Shown in pieces: positions 17,471 to 30,250 of a stretch of DNA of 64,000 nucleotides (the stretch's first letter is position 1; every line of letters starts with the position of its first letter). Origin of the DNA: Eledone cirrhosa (taxonomy: Eukaryota); contig OZ024746.1 in NCBI GenBank assembly GCA_964016885.1, forward strand, positions 89,032,001 through 89,096,000. The letters are read 5' to 3'. A model generated the notes under the pieces. That model was not told where the DNA came from. It worked only from the letters and a program-made list of their open reading frames with translations, and searched no databases. A program made the position numbers and the translations under genes.

Positions 17471-18640
17471 CGAGTTGTGTCCGAAAAGAAACAAGCCTGA
17501 GATCGCAAAACAATATTTCAAATCCGGGCTACAAACTACAAGTCTTTTCCTTCGAAATAATCCCCTTCGTGTCAAACGTACTTTCCTATCCTACTCCACC
17601 ACGGCGCCTTCAACACCTGGAACGATTCTCCCGGGATTCTCTTGACGGTTCCCGGCTCCGGAAAATGGGTACCGTTGACGACCCACTTGAGCTTGGAGAA
17701 AAGGGGAAAAATACACGGAGACAGGTCTAATGAGTAGGGAGGTTGCTCGAGGCAAGAAACTGTCGGATGCTCAGGGCGTTGTGAGCCAGCAGATGCTCAG
17801 GGCATTGTGAGCCGACGGATGCTCAGGGCGTTGTGAACCGGCGGATGCTCAGGGCGTTGTGAGCGGGCAGATGCTCAGGGCGTTGTGAGCGGGCAGATGC
17901 TCAGGGCGTTGTGAGCCGGCGGATGCTCAGGGCGTTGTGAGCCGGCAGATGCTCAGGGCGTTGTGAGCGGGCAGATGCTCAGGGCGTTGTGAGCCGGCGG
18001 AAGCTCAGGGCGTTGTGAACCGGCAGATGCTCAGGGCGTTGTGAGCCGGCAGATGCTCAGGGCGTTGTGAGCCGGCAGATGCTCAGGGCGTTGTGAGCCG
18101 GCGGATGCTCAGGGCGTTGTGAGCCAGCAGATGCTCAGGGCGTTGTGAGCCGGCAGATGCTCAGGGCGTTGTGAGCCGGCGGATGCTCAGGGCATTGTGA
18201 GCCAGCAGATGCTCAGGGCGTTGTGAGCCGGCAGATGCTCAGGGCGTTGTGAGCCGGCGGATGCTCAGGGCGTTGTGAGCCGGCAGATGCTCAGGGCGTT
18301 GTGAGCCGGCAGATGCTCAGGGCGTTGTGAGCCGGCGGATGCTCAGGGCGTTGTGAGCCGGCAGATGCTCAGGGCGTTGTGAGCCGACAGATGCTCAGGG
18401 CGTTGTGAGCCGGCGGATGCTCAGGGCGTTGTGAGCCGGCGGATGCTCAGGGCGTTGTGAGCCGGCGCATTGGGTTTTTTTTTGGGGGGGGAGGGGGAGT
18501 AGCCATGAGTCGTACTGCCACAACTCTCGACTCTTCACGCGCCCCCGAATGAAGCAAATGCCGTTGGGTCTCTTTGTAGACATACTAGTTGATCGTCTGG
18601 ACCTGTGGCAATAACTCTATATAAACGATGTCTCTAACAT
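17471..18640 (-). mobile_element. mariner-type transposon relic (transposase pseudogene plus one TIR end)
   Basis: Minus-strand translation across frameshifts: [22 protein letters not shown]...RELWQYDSWLL...NAPAHNALSIRQFLA...QPPYSLDLSPC..LFSKLK...W.SRIGKYV*HEGDYFEG; ends in TIR-like CTTTTCGGACACAACTCG. Confidence 0.85.
17766..18466. repeat. GC-rich 26-bp minisatellite, ~27 copies
   Basis: Unit GATGCTCAGGGCGTTGTGAGCCGGC(A/G), head-to-tail with no spacers. Confidence 0.97.
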
Positions 18641-18691
18641 GGGTCCGTATACATGTACACACACACACACATATACATACACACACAAAAA

Positions 18692-18853
<162 letters not shown>

Positions 18854-18903
18854 AAATAAAGTTAAATAAAAAGTCAAATGCTTAAAATTTAGCTTCGTTT
18901 ATT

Positions 18904-18958
18904 ACTGCTATATATATTTCAGTGACAGCCATCTTTGGCTGTGACCTCTTCAGGCAGT
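18904..18958 (-). ncRNA. Minimal hammerhead ribozyme, near-perfect
   Basis: Minus strand ACTGC-CTGAAGA-GGTCACAGCC-AAAGAT-GGCTGTCACT-GAAATATATATA-GCAGT: 5-bp stem I, 10-bp stem II with one mismatch, palindromic ATATATAT stem III. Confidence 0.85.
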
Positions 18959-19098
18959 CTGAATTAGTGTGGTATAGACAAGTACATATGTTGTTGAGGT
19001 GTATAATTTTGTCAATACTCTGATATGTCCAGTTCCTGGTTGGGTTGTTATTTCACTGAGGAACTGGAGTCATGGTGTTGGTATACAACCAACATATA

Positions 19099-19133
<35 letters not shown>

Positions 19134-19361
19134 ACGAAAAGTTAATATAGAAATGGTTTCTAAAAGAATAGAACCGTTTCATTCATATGAAATCAGGTGA
19201 TTTCATACGAATGACCCAGTTCTAGTTCTGTAAAAGACATTTCTATATTACATTTTCGCCGTTCCCACTCTATTTATGTATTGAGTACCTTACGTACTGC
19301 GCTTTCCCCCGATTTCAGTCGGAATTTACACACAAAACATACGCACACACGCACGTACGCG

Positions 19362-19393
<32 letters not shown>

Positions 19394-20011
19394 TACGCGC
19401 ACACACACACACGCACACGCTCATGTATATATATATAGATCATATTGGAGAAAGAGAGGGGTGGAGGAAGAAGAGAAATACATTTATCCCACCCAAACAC
19501 ACGTGTACACCCACATGGACACAACTAATCGATGTCTGAAAGATGGTGGCAGCAGCATTTCACTCGTTTCCCACGAAGAAATCATTTTGTGAAAGAGAAA
19601 TTAGATAAAACAAAACAACAAATCAAAACAAAAGCCGCCTCATAAAACATATAATTCTTTGAGCTGTAAAAACAGACAGAGAAAATAAACTCTAAAATTA
19701 AAACGTAGGGAAAAATAGAAAACAAAAATTGAATTTTAAAGCAATGAGATAAGATAAAAAAAATTTGAAAATAAATATGGTTCAATTATATAAATTATGA
19801 ATTCCAGACTTGCTATTCGGTGTTATTGAACATTGGTTTTGGGTGCGGGTGATTTCAAGATGGACGATAAATTAATACAAATTTATCATTATACATATAT
19901 ACATACATGCACGGACACACACACACACATATGTATATATATAGGTGTGTGTGAATATGTATACATTGACAGACGCACACACATATATATAACATATATA
20001 TATATCTACAC

Positions 20012-20073
<62 letters not shown>

Positions 20074-20111
20074 TGACAGACATACACATATATATTCATA
20101 TATATTTCCTC

Positions 20112-20147
<36 letters not shown>

Positions 20148-20157
20148 ACTCGTATAG

Positions 20158-20198
<41 letters not shown>

Positions 20199-20204
20199 TA
20201 TATA

Positions 20205-20293
<89 letters not shown>

Positions 20294-20710
20294 AGATATA
20301 TATGTAATTATGGTTTTCTCTCTTTGATTTGTTTTGTTTATATTGCAACATACATTATTTTAGATTTTAATTAATGGTATTAGAAATACTTGATATCACG
20401 ATATCTTTTTTTTATTTTTCTATAGTAGTGATATCTTTTTTGTAATGAATTATGTATAATAGTTATCAATTCTACTACTTTTATTTATTTATTTCTTTAG
20501 AATGTTTTTACTCGTTGTTTTCTTTAATTAAACAAGGCGCCATGGTTCTATTGCTGCACGGGACTTCGTAATCACACACACACACACACGCACACAACCT
20601 CACACTCACACGGACGCACATAATTACAAACGCAATAATACACACACGCATACATATATATACAACTATAGTAATAGGTAAAATCGCAACGTTAATGCTT
20701 GATATATATA

Positions 20711-21918
20711 CAGGGGTTGGACAAAATAATACAAACACCTTAAAATTTCAAACAAATTTATTTTAATATGGGGTAGGACCGAGGTATGGGCTCGTACAAA
20801 GTTTGAATTGTTTCCAAAGGAATTTTTGTCCATTCTTCAGCTAAAACAGTCTCCAGTTCTTGTAATGATGATGGTGGATGATATCGACTCCTTACTTGTT
20901 TTTCTAAAATGCACCATAAATGTTCAATAATATTGAGATCTGGGGACTGTGGTGGCCAGATGAGATGTTCAACTTCACTAGAATGTTCCTCGTGCCATTC
21001 AGTAACAACTTTAGCTGTGTGAATTGGTGCATTATCATCCTGAAAGATTGCGTTTCCCTCCGGAAACAGTTCCGCAATCATAGGATGAATTTGATCAGAT
21101 AAAATGCTTAAATAGTCTTGACTATTAATTCTGCCATGAAGGGAAACCATTGGGCCGGTGGATTTCCAAGATATAGCCCCCCAGATTATCACAGATCCTC
21201 CTCCATGTTTAACAGTTGGAAGAAGGCAGTCTGGGTCAAATGCTTCTTTTCGCTGTCCCCACACGTATACTCGGCTGGTGGTCGGAAATAAGGTAAAGGA
21301 TGACTCGTCCGAGAAAATAACATTCTTCCACTGCTCCAGGGACCAATTCTGTAGGTTTTTACCCCACTCTATACGCTTTGCAACATTTGTTTTTGAAAGT
21401 AGTGGTTTTCTGATTGCAGTTCTCCCGTGAAATCCGGCTTTGTGCAGCTCCCGGCGAACAGTTTTTGTGGAAACTGGGTTCTCGAGGTGGTCATTAAGCT
21501 CTGCAGTAATTGTGGGAGCTGTACATTTGTGATCCTTTCTAACAATTCGCGTAAGAGTCCGAAAATGTTGGTTTTCTTCCAGAGTTTTGTTTCGACGAGG
21601 AGGTTTTTCCCTCTTTCTCAAAGGCTGTCATTACTTTCGAGACAGTATTTCTTGCTACACCAAACATTTCGACTGTTTTAGTTTCCCCTGCGCCTGCCAT
21701 ACGTGCACCAACAATTTTACCTCTTTGAAAGTCCGATAGATCTGTCATTTTAATTATCTTTTCCTGATGATATCTGAAAAGAAACAACAATTTAAAAAAA
21801 CATATTAAGCAACACTAATAATAAATAAAAAAACATAAAAATAAACAAGCTTTTGACGGTTTTATAGATATTTCAAAATTATGATGCTATGTGTTTCCAT
21901 TATTTTGTCCAACCCCTG
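20711..21918 (-). mobile_element. Full-length Tc1-family DNA transposon (DD36E, Incomer-like)
   Basis: TA|CAGGGGTTGGACAAAATAAT ... ATTATTTTGTCCAACCCCTG|TA; 1208 bp; encodes a transposase. Confidence 0.95.
20758..21748 (-). pseudogene. Tc1 transposase with a frameshift near 21560
   Basis: Starts MTDLSDFQRGKIVGARMAGA (ATG 21748, HTH region), continues in ORF 20758-21621 with FSDES, QDDNAPIH and WPPQSPDLNIIE; 36 residues between the second D and E. Confidence 0.9.
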
Positions 21919-22550
21919 TATATACGTGTGTGTGTGCGTAGGAAGTCTGTGAGCAGATACATTGATATATAATTTATATATTTGACCATACAAAACCATA
22001 TATATATATATATATATATATACCTAGATAGATGTAACATGCCCACGAATTCACATATGCATGTTTATGAGACACAAACATATACGGCTCTATTATGAAT
22101 CATACTTTATTAGTAGTATAACTAATTTATATCAGCCTGTCAAGCTCGCACTATAGGGAAGTGAGCATTTCCTTAAATGTGTTATACAAAAATATATGAC
22201 ATATCAATTTATTTTCCCTCAGTTTGGAATTAGTAAATGTTACTAATAATGGATAGAAAGCTTGAAATACTAGTATTCCCCATTCACACATGTCTACTAA
22301 GGTAAATATGGCATAATAACAGTTTAAAATATCTACAGGCACAAGTAAATTTATTAAACATATAATATTATAAATATTGAATATTGAATATGCTTGCATA
22401 TATGCCTTTATTAGATACATAAATACATACAGACAAACTTATATACATACATACAAGCATACATACAAGCATACATACAACCCCTCTCTCTCTCTCTTTC
22501 ACACAGACATATATATGTTCAATTCTCTCTCCCTCTCTCCCTCTCTCTCT

Positions 22551-22637
<87 letters not shown>

Positions 22638-23139
22638 TAATTGAACACCTACGTATTTCTACAACCAATACATTTAAAGAACTAACAGGAAAACGAAAGC
22701 TGTCTATATGATTGCGTGATGTGCGTGATGTGCTACATATAGATCTGTTTCCATTAAGCTTCTAATTTATATATACGAGTATATATGTGATATTAAAGAA
22801 AAAAAAAATGGCGATAGCTAGGGGAGTTTGATTGTAGGTCTGTTTAGCATGTCGCTAATCAACGCCCCAATCCCAAACGAGTAAATTTTATTGAACTTCC
22901 ATATTTAAAATATGTATCTGCTGTAAGCATTTTTCAATATTATAATTCAATCAACACTACTAATACCCTTAAAATGTGTATATATGTATGAAGGTCAATA
23001 CCAATTTTGCGTCTACATTGCATCGATATAAGTTTGCACTGAGATAGATATATACTAAATATATCTATTGCATAGTATGCAAAGTATCTTTGTATTTATA
23101 CATACGCACACGGTTTGTAACTCCCCCTTCTCTCTCTCT

Positions 23140-23220
<81 letters not shown>

Positions 23221-23257
23221 AATAATAAATGGAAACTATATTTATAAAACCATATTT

Positions 23258-23321
23258 ATTTCATTATACATATTTCAGGGATACCAAATTAAATTATGGT
23301 ATGCATTCCTCAGACAAAATA
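23258..23321 (-). ncRNA. Minimal hammerhead ribozyme
   Basis: Minus strand ATTTTGT-CTGAGGA-...ATACCA-loop-TGGTAT..-GAAATATGTATA-ATGAAAT; same family as 5709-5771. Confidence 0.7.
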
Positions 23322-23349
23322 CAATATATAACACTTTTACAAATAAGCT

Positions 23350-23385
<36 letters not shown>

Positions 23386-23688
23386 ATATATACATATAGT
23401 AGAACACTTGTGGGTTATATTCGTAGTAGTAAAGCACTCATTCCATGGGACGAGTTTGGTAGTTCCACAAAAATTAGTTCACCATACCGAGAACAAATGT
23501 TTCACCTTATTCGGATCCTTAGCTCTGAGGATTCGAATAAGGCGAAACATTTGTCATCTGTTTGGTGAACTAACAGTTCAGGCGGAGGTATATTGTCTTT
23601 AATGTGAAGAAATACCTATGATGCCTAGTAGACAACTGATGATGGATAGTGCTAGCTTCTATTTCTAATTTTTCATTTTTCATTGTAC

Positions 23689-23770
<82 letters not shown>

Positions 23771-23795
23771 ATGTGTGTGTGTGTGTGTGTGTGCA

Positions 23796-24049
23796 GGCGC
23801 ATGGCTTAGTGGTTAAAAGCATTGGGCTTGCAATCGAAAGGTTGTGAGTTCTCGGACCGGGTGAAGTGTTGTTTCCTTGAGCAAGACACTTTATTTCACG
23901 TTGCTCCAGTTTACTCAACTGTAGAAATGAATACCGGCCTGCCCGCCCAGCCAGTGGGATGGCGTTATCTTATGGCTAAAACAGCACGACGTTCTGTGAC
24001 CAGCGGCGCCGATTGGCGCCCGACAGACTGGTCGGTCAAGGTGATCAAG

Positions 24050-24052
<3 letters not shown>
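23796..24052 (+). mobile_element. tRNA-derived SINE family 2 (CORE-like)
   Basis: tRNA-like head GGCGCATGGCTTAGTGGTTAAAAGCA...GTGAGTTC, then CCTTGAGCAAGACACTT...CTCAACTGTAGAAATG resembling the CORE domain. Confidence 0.75.
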
Positions 24053-24117
<65 letters not shown>

Positions 24118-24122
<5 letters not shown>

Positions 24123-24268
24123 TATGTAGAAATAAACACAGTAAATTGTGTGTCTAAAATTACGAGGGTAGAAATACCACATTGGTTTGAAAGATTTAAC
24201 CTGAAGCATTTCTACCCTCGTAATTTTAGACACAATTTGCTGTGTTTATTTCTACATATATTATTATA
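24118..24268. repeat. Fold-back inverted repeat
   Basis: ~60-bp arms (TATGTAGAAATAAACAC...TACGAGGGTAGAAAT / ATTTCTACCCTCGTA...GTGTTTATTTCTACATA). Confidence 0.85.
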
Positions 24269-24701
24269 TAATTGTTTCTACTTTAGGCACAAGGCCAGCA
24301 ATTATCCAGTACATTACTGGTACTTTATTTCATCGACCCCGTAAGGATAAAAGGCAAAGTTAACCTTATATTATTATATAATGCTCAGTATTTATACTTT
24401 GAGCTTGTTAATTGCAGGGTATCAATATGAGTTAGTAACTCTGTATTTTATTTGTATATATATATATTTGTTTTGCGAGGTTTTTTATATGAAATCGTGT
24501 GTCGAAACAAATATTGTTATACTTGGGGAGGGTCATATTGTTGTAATAATATTGCCAGAATTAATAACAGAACACACTCACTGTTTGGTTGGTTTTCGCT
24601 TCTGTATCTTTTATATCAGTTAATTTATTCGGTCCTCAATGTTTACCATTGACTGACCAACGGGCAAAAATACAGATACAATATAGACACAAACACATAT
24701 A

Positions 24702-24756
24702 TATAGTCAAACAAAGTTCTTTCGTTGCACATCTGCAACATCGTCAGTGGTACTAT
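24702..24756 (-). ncRNA. Hammerhead in Penelope 3' pLTR
   Basis: CTGACGA-T-GTTGCA-GATG-TGCAAC-GAAAGAACTT; stem I imperfect. Confidence 0.6.
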
Positions 24757-26095
24757 TATGTTTCCTTCTGTTGTATTGTATGTCTACTCCATCTTTATTT
24801 AATCTATTTATTTATTTATTTATTTATTTATTTATTTTGTCTTCTTCTCTGCGCATGCGTTTGCGTGTGTATAGTGTTTGATGTGTGTTCGCGTTTGGGT
24901 GACTGTGTTTTGGTTATTGTTTCTATGTGTTTGTTGTTATTGTGCTTGTGTATATATTTATTTATATTTCTCTCAGGTCATTATTGTTTGTTTGGGTGTT
25001 GTTGTTATTCCATTCATTTTTTCTGTTTAGCTTTGGCCTTCTAAGTTCTATTTCACTGGCCTCTCTGATTTGCCTATCTGCTGGGTCATTTTTATGTTTA
25101 GATATTATTTTAATTTCTATGTTGTCTATGTTACCGTCGTGTTGTTGTCTGGCGTGTTCGTATAGTACTAAACCGTTTTTTCTTCCTTTTAGTTCCCCTC
25201 CAGTGTTGGTCTATCCTTTCACCTATGCTACGAGCTGTCTCGCCTATGTATGTTGTTGTCGTGTTTCTGCAAGTACCCTCTGTACATCTTATGCTATAGA
25301 CTACGTTTATAGTTTTACAGTTTATCTGGGGCTTTACTTTACATATAATACATTTCCTATTAGTACAGTGGGTTTTCTTAAAAGGCATGTTTTGCTGATC
25401 AGGAATTTTATGGTCGTTCCTGGCTTTTCTACCACCTTAATCTTTAGGTGGGTCTTTCTCAGGACCTTTCTACACTGGTTAGATAATTTCCCTCCAGGGG
25501 GTAGCGTCCACGAACATGACACTCTGGTATCTCTGGTTGTCGTACCATGAGGTGGCTTTCCTTATCTTATGTTTAGTCCTATCTAAGCTATTCCATGATT
25601 TGCTCCTGTATAATGGGCAAATTCCTTTCATGTCCAGTTCTATGAGGGTCATATACTTCTCCTTGGTTCCTTCGTGTACACTGATTCTGTCTCTTTGGTT
25701 TTAGCCAGAGAACTGCATGCGGTTGATGAAGTGTTGGATGTGTCTTTCCATTTCTGTTAGGTCGCACATGCGGGACACGTTCATCATCACTCGTACCAAG
25801 TCTGCGATCAGAATATTAAACTTAGCACTACTGGACATTGCTGAGGTTTTTGAGTATCATATATTTGGAGGCCATTGGTTTAGTGTAGTGTGAGTGGAGA
25901 ATTTGGGCTCTCTCGTCTATAGTGTTAATACAGAGTTCCGTGTCTAATACAGTCACCCAAACGCGAACACACATCAAACACTATACACACGCGCAAACGC
26001 ATGCGCAGAGAAGAAGACAAAAATAAATAAATAAATAAATAAACAGATTAAATAAAGATGGCGTAGACATACAATACAACAGGAGAGGAAACATA

Positions 26096-26149
26096 ATAGC
26101 ACCACTGACGATGTTGCAGATGTGCAACGAAAGAACTTTGTTAGACTAT
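26096..26149 (+). ncRNA. Hammerhead in inverted Penelope pLTR
   Basis: ACCA-CTGACGA-T-GTTGCA-GATG-TGCAAC-GAAAGAACTT-TGTT. Confidence 0.6.
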
Positions 26150-26334
26150 ATATATATGTGTTTGTGTCTATATTATATCCGTATTTTTGACCGTTGGTCA
26201 GTCAATGGCAACATTGAGGACCGAATAAATTAACTGATATAAAAGATACAGAAGCGAAAACCAACCAAACAGTGAGTGTGTTCTGTTATTAATTCTGGCA
26301 ATATTATTACAACAATATGACCCTCCCTAAGTAT

Positions 26335-26441
<107 letters not shown>

Positions 26442-26462
26442 TACACACACACACACACACAT

Positions 26463-26576
<114 letters not shown>

Positions 26577-26690
26577 CAGGATAGAACCAGTTTGAAACTA
26601 GTTAGACCATTACAGAACAGAGTACACAATACTTGGGGTAGCATAGTATGGCTATATTATAAAGAGTCGTCGGGATCCGACGCCTGAGTT

Positions 26691-26763
26691 CCTGTCGTTT
26701 CAACAGCTAGTTCCAGACAGTTTGTCGACAGACTTCATGGTTGACTGGCTATATCATCAGGGG
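26691..26763 (-). ncRNA. Degenerate hammerhead with long stem II insert
   Basis: CC-CTGATGA-TATAGC..(~38 nt)..GCTGTT-GAAACGAC-AGG; the cleavage triplet reads GAC (mutated). Confidence 0.4.
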
Positions 26764-27057
26764 CGTGGTTTGTCCACATTATTGGTGGTTTGTATACATT
26801 ATTCATCAAATTATACATTTTCTATATAGAAGTGTTTTAGAAAGTATTGATTATATTTTATAGAGACAGATACACACCCACGCTTCCATATAAATGTATA
26901 TACACTGTAATGGGTTACTATCCGGCGGCTGAATCCTTACCGTTTCCATCTATTCATTCACTTTAGAAACCGTATCTCATTACTATACCTACACGTTTTT
27001 CTTAAGTATTGAGTACAAAGCTGAACAATAGTCTTAATAGTCTAAACTGGTAACTCC

Positions 27058-27143
<86 letters not shown>

Positions 27144-27290
27144 TTAGAGAGAGATTGGGAGTTACCAGTTTAGACTATTAAGACTATTGTTCAGCTTTGT
27201 ACTCAATACTTAAGAAAAACGTGTAGGTATATGTGGAATCGTCTGATATGGGTGGCTCTATTAGCAGCGTCGCTGCATCGGTTGCGTATG

Positions 27291-27360
<70 letters not shown>

Positions 27361-27441
27361 CAGACATACATATATACAAATGTACATATAAGTATGTATG
27401 TGATTCCGTGTATGTGTGTATACACGTGTGTATATAGTGTA

Positions 27442-27493
<52 letters not shown>

Positions 27494-27597
27494 CAGACAT
27501 ACATATATACAAATGTACATATAAGTATGTATGTGATTCCGTGTATGTGTGTATACACGTGTGTATATAGTGTATGTATATGTGTGTATATAGTGTA

Positions 27598-27631
<34 letters not shown>

Positions 27632-27639
27632 CATACATA

Positions 27640-28240
27640 CGCAACCGATGCAGCGACGCTGCTAATAGAGCCACCCATATCAGACGATTCCACATTGTAC
27701 TAGAGATTAACGGCTACCCACGACGAAACCCCAGACCCAGAGACCGGACCAACACAAACAACAGTTGCTTCTTCAAGATCCCACATCTCAGTGAGGAAAC
27801 CACCAATGCCATACGCAAAGCCATCAGAAGAGAGGGCCTCAATATCAAACTAGCTCACTCTGGACCTTCCCTGAGAAGATGTCTCTCCACAAGCCCCCTC
27901 CCCCCCAACGAGAATAACGGATGCACTCTATCTAATTGCTCTATCTGCAACACTAACTGTTGCCTACGTACCTACGTAGCATACAGGCTAGAATGTACCA
28001 AGTGCAATCTACTTTCTTTACATAGGTAACACTATTCGACCGTTACATCTCCGCATTAAAGAGCATGTTAACACGAACACCTCATCAAAACACATCATCA
28101 AATGTGGAAAGCGGGACAATCTTAGCTACCGAATGCAGTATAGGCACGCTGAGAATTAAGGAAGCCCTCTTAATCAAGCAATTAAAACCTAGGATCAATA
28201 ATCGAATGGAAAGAAGTGCACCAGAATGGCTAATTTAAAA
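27640..28240 (+). mobile_element. Penelope-like element 3' ORF relic (thumb, Cys linker, GIY-YIG)
   Basis: LEINGYP...KIPHLSEE...CTLSNCSIC...VAYRLECTKC, then after a frameshift YIGNTIRPLHLRIKEH. Confidence 0.88.
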
Positions 28241-28321
28241 GCCTGTATTCCAACATTCCAGCAGCCAGTATCATTCTTTCTTTCAAATTAAATCTATGTC
28301 CTCACTAAGTAAACACACTTA

Positions 28322-28448
<127 letters not shown>

Positions 28449-28791
28449 ACACATGCATATATCATACATTTCACTACGCGCACATTCGAAATTTTAACGT
28501 CTTTTCATTTCATTTAACTTAAATCATGTTCCAAACAAGCAAGTCAATCCGATCGATTTTTTAAGCCTCTCATAGGGTTAATCCCTTGATAATGGTTTTT
28601 TTTTAACCCCGAAAATATTTGGGATCGTTAAATTTGCTAAGGTAAGATTCTTTTGTTATCTTGGAGATTTAATGTTCTTCCCAACGCATTGTTTTCGTTT
28701 TCAAAATTATTTAAATTTGTGTTTCCTATTCAACAATGCTTCAAGCAAGCTACACATCTCTGTTATATAGTTCCCACAATCAAGTCTGCAT

Positions 28792-28852
<61 letters not shown>

Positions 28853-28863
28853 AACACACACAC

Positions 28864-28896
<33 letters not shown>

Positions 28897-29109
28897 TGTG
28901 GTTACAGATGATGTTGATCTTTTCTTCTTTTCGGGTTATAGCTACTGTCGCTCAGCGAGTGGGATTGGCTCAGTGCAAGTCTTTCGTCACTTTAAAAAAT
29001 ATCTTCACGTACAGGCATTGCACGATAGAATTAATTAATTATTATTAATAATGGTATATCGTGCAATGGCCATACTCGATAACGAGGGGGCAGCCATCAT
29101 GTATGTATG

Positions 29110-30250
29110 CAGACTTGATTGTGGGAACTATCGTCCTATCAGATTACTGAGTCACGTTTACAAGCTTTTCATGAGAATCATTGCAGCACGAGTGATGTCA
29201 GACCTTTACTGTTCATTTCCTGAAACACAAGCTGCGTATCAATCTGGAAGAGACACCATTGAACAGATAATAGCTATTGAACAAATCATTGAGAAATCAA
29301 TAGATTTCAACAACCCTGTGCACATCACCTTCATTGATTTCACAAGAGTTTTTGACAACATGAAACTACCTAGCTTGTGGTAACTGTTAAATAAGACCTC
29401 AATTAAGAAAAAAATACATCAACCTATTGAATGAAAGTTACACCAACTCAACAGTATATATCAAAACAGACTTAGGAACCTCACGTTGTATAGACATCTT
29501 GATGGGAGTTAAGCAGGGCGATGTACTCTCAGCAATTCTTTTCTGTATAGTTATAGTTGCATTTATCTACAAAACTGAAGGAGAATACTCCTCTGGCTAT
29601 CAAATAGGAGGTAAAATCCTATCAAATCTTAGCTATGCAGACGATCTAGCCATCATGAGTTACTCTAGAACTGATCTGCAAACCTTTCAGAATGTAATGG
29701 CCAAACATTCGCTGGAGGCTGGGTTACACATCAACATCTCCAAAACAAAGTGTATGACAACTGATAAAAACAATGCCAATTTCCAATTCACAATCTACCA
29801 GCAAATTGCTCAAGTTACGGAGTTTGTATATCTCAGTCACAAACTGTCATCGAACAACAATGAAATGGGTGCTGCGCAATATCGAATCGCTCTAGGTTGG
29901 GCAGCTTTCAATAAGAACAAAGAAGTACTAACATCAAAATGAGTTTCCTATCGTGTGAAGGCTAAGATCTTTGATACTTATATCCTACCAGTTGTGTTAT
30001 ATGGCCTTGACTGTGTTAATTGGACGACAAGGTTACTTCAGAAGCTCTCTACATTCCAGAACCACATCATGAGACTTATGACTGGCAAGCGGCTCAGCGA
30101 CCGTATCTATATCAGTGAGCTGCTCAACATTACCAAACTTAGACCAATTACATCAATTGTCAGGTCAAGTGTAATCAAACTATACGGCCATATAAAAAGA
30201 TCAACTCCTGCTGCTGGTGATCAAATTTTGTGGAGAGAGATGTCACATGT
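29110..30250 (+). mobile_element. RTE-clade LINE reverse transcriptase pseudogene fragment
   Basis: GNYRPIRLLSHVYKLF, FIDFTRVFD, GVKQGDVLSAILF, YADD, RIALGWAAF, ILPVVLYG across stops and frameshifts. Confidence 0.88.

Noticed and set aside
17766-18466. CRISPR-like array (26-bp hairpin repeat)
   Set aside because: No unique spacers, no cas genes, eukaryotic context; the unit derives from mariner coding sequence.
23796-23870. tRNA gene
   Set aside because: The tRNA-like head continues into a SINE body and lacks a complete cloverleaf.
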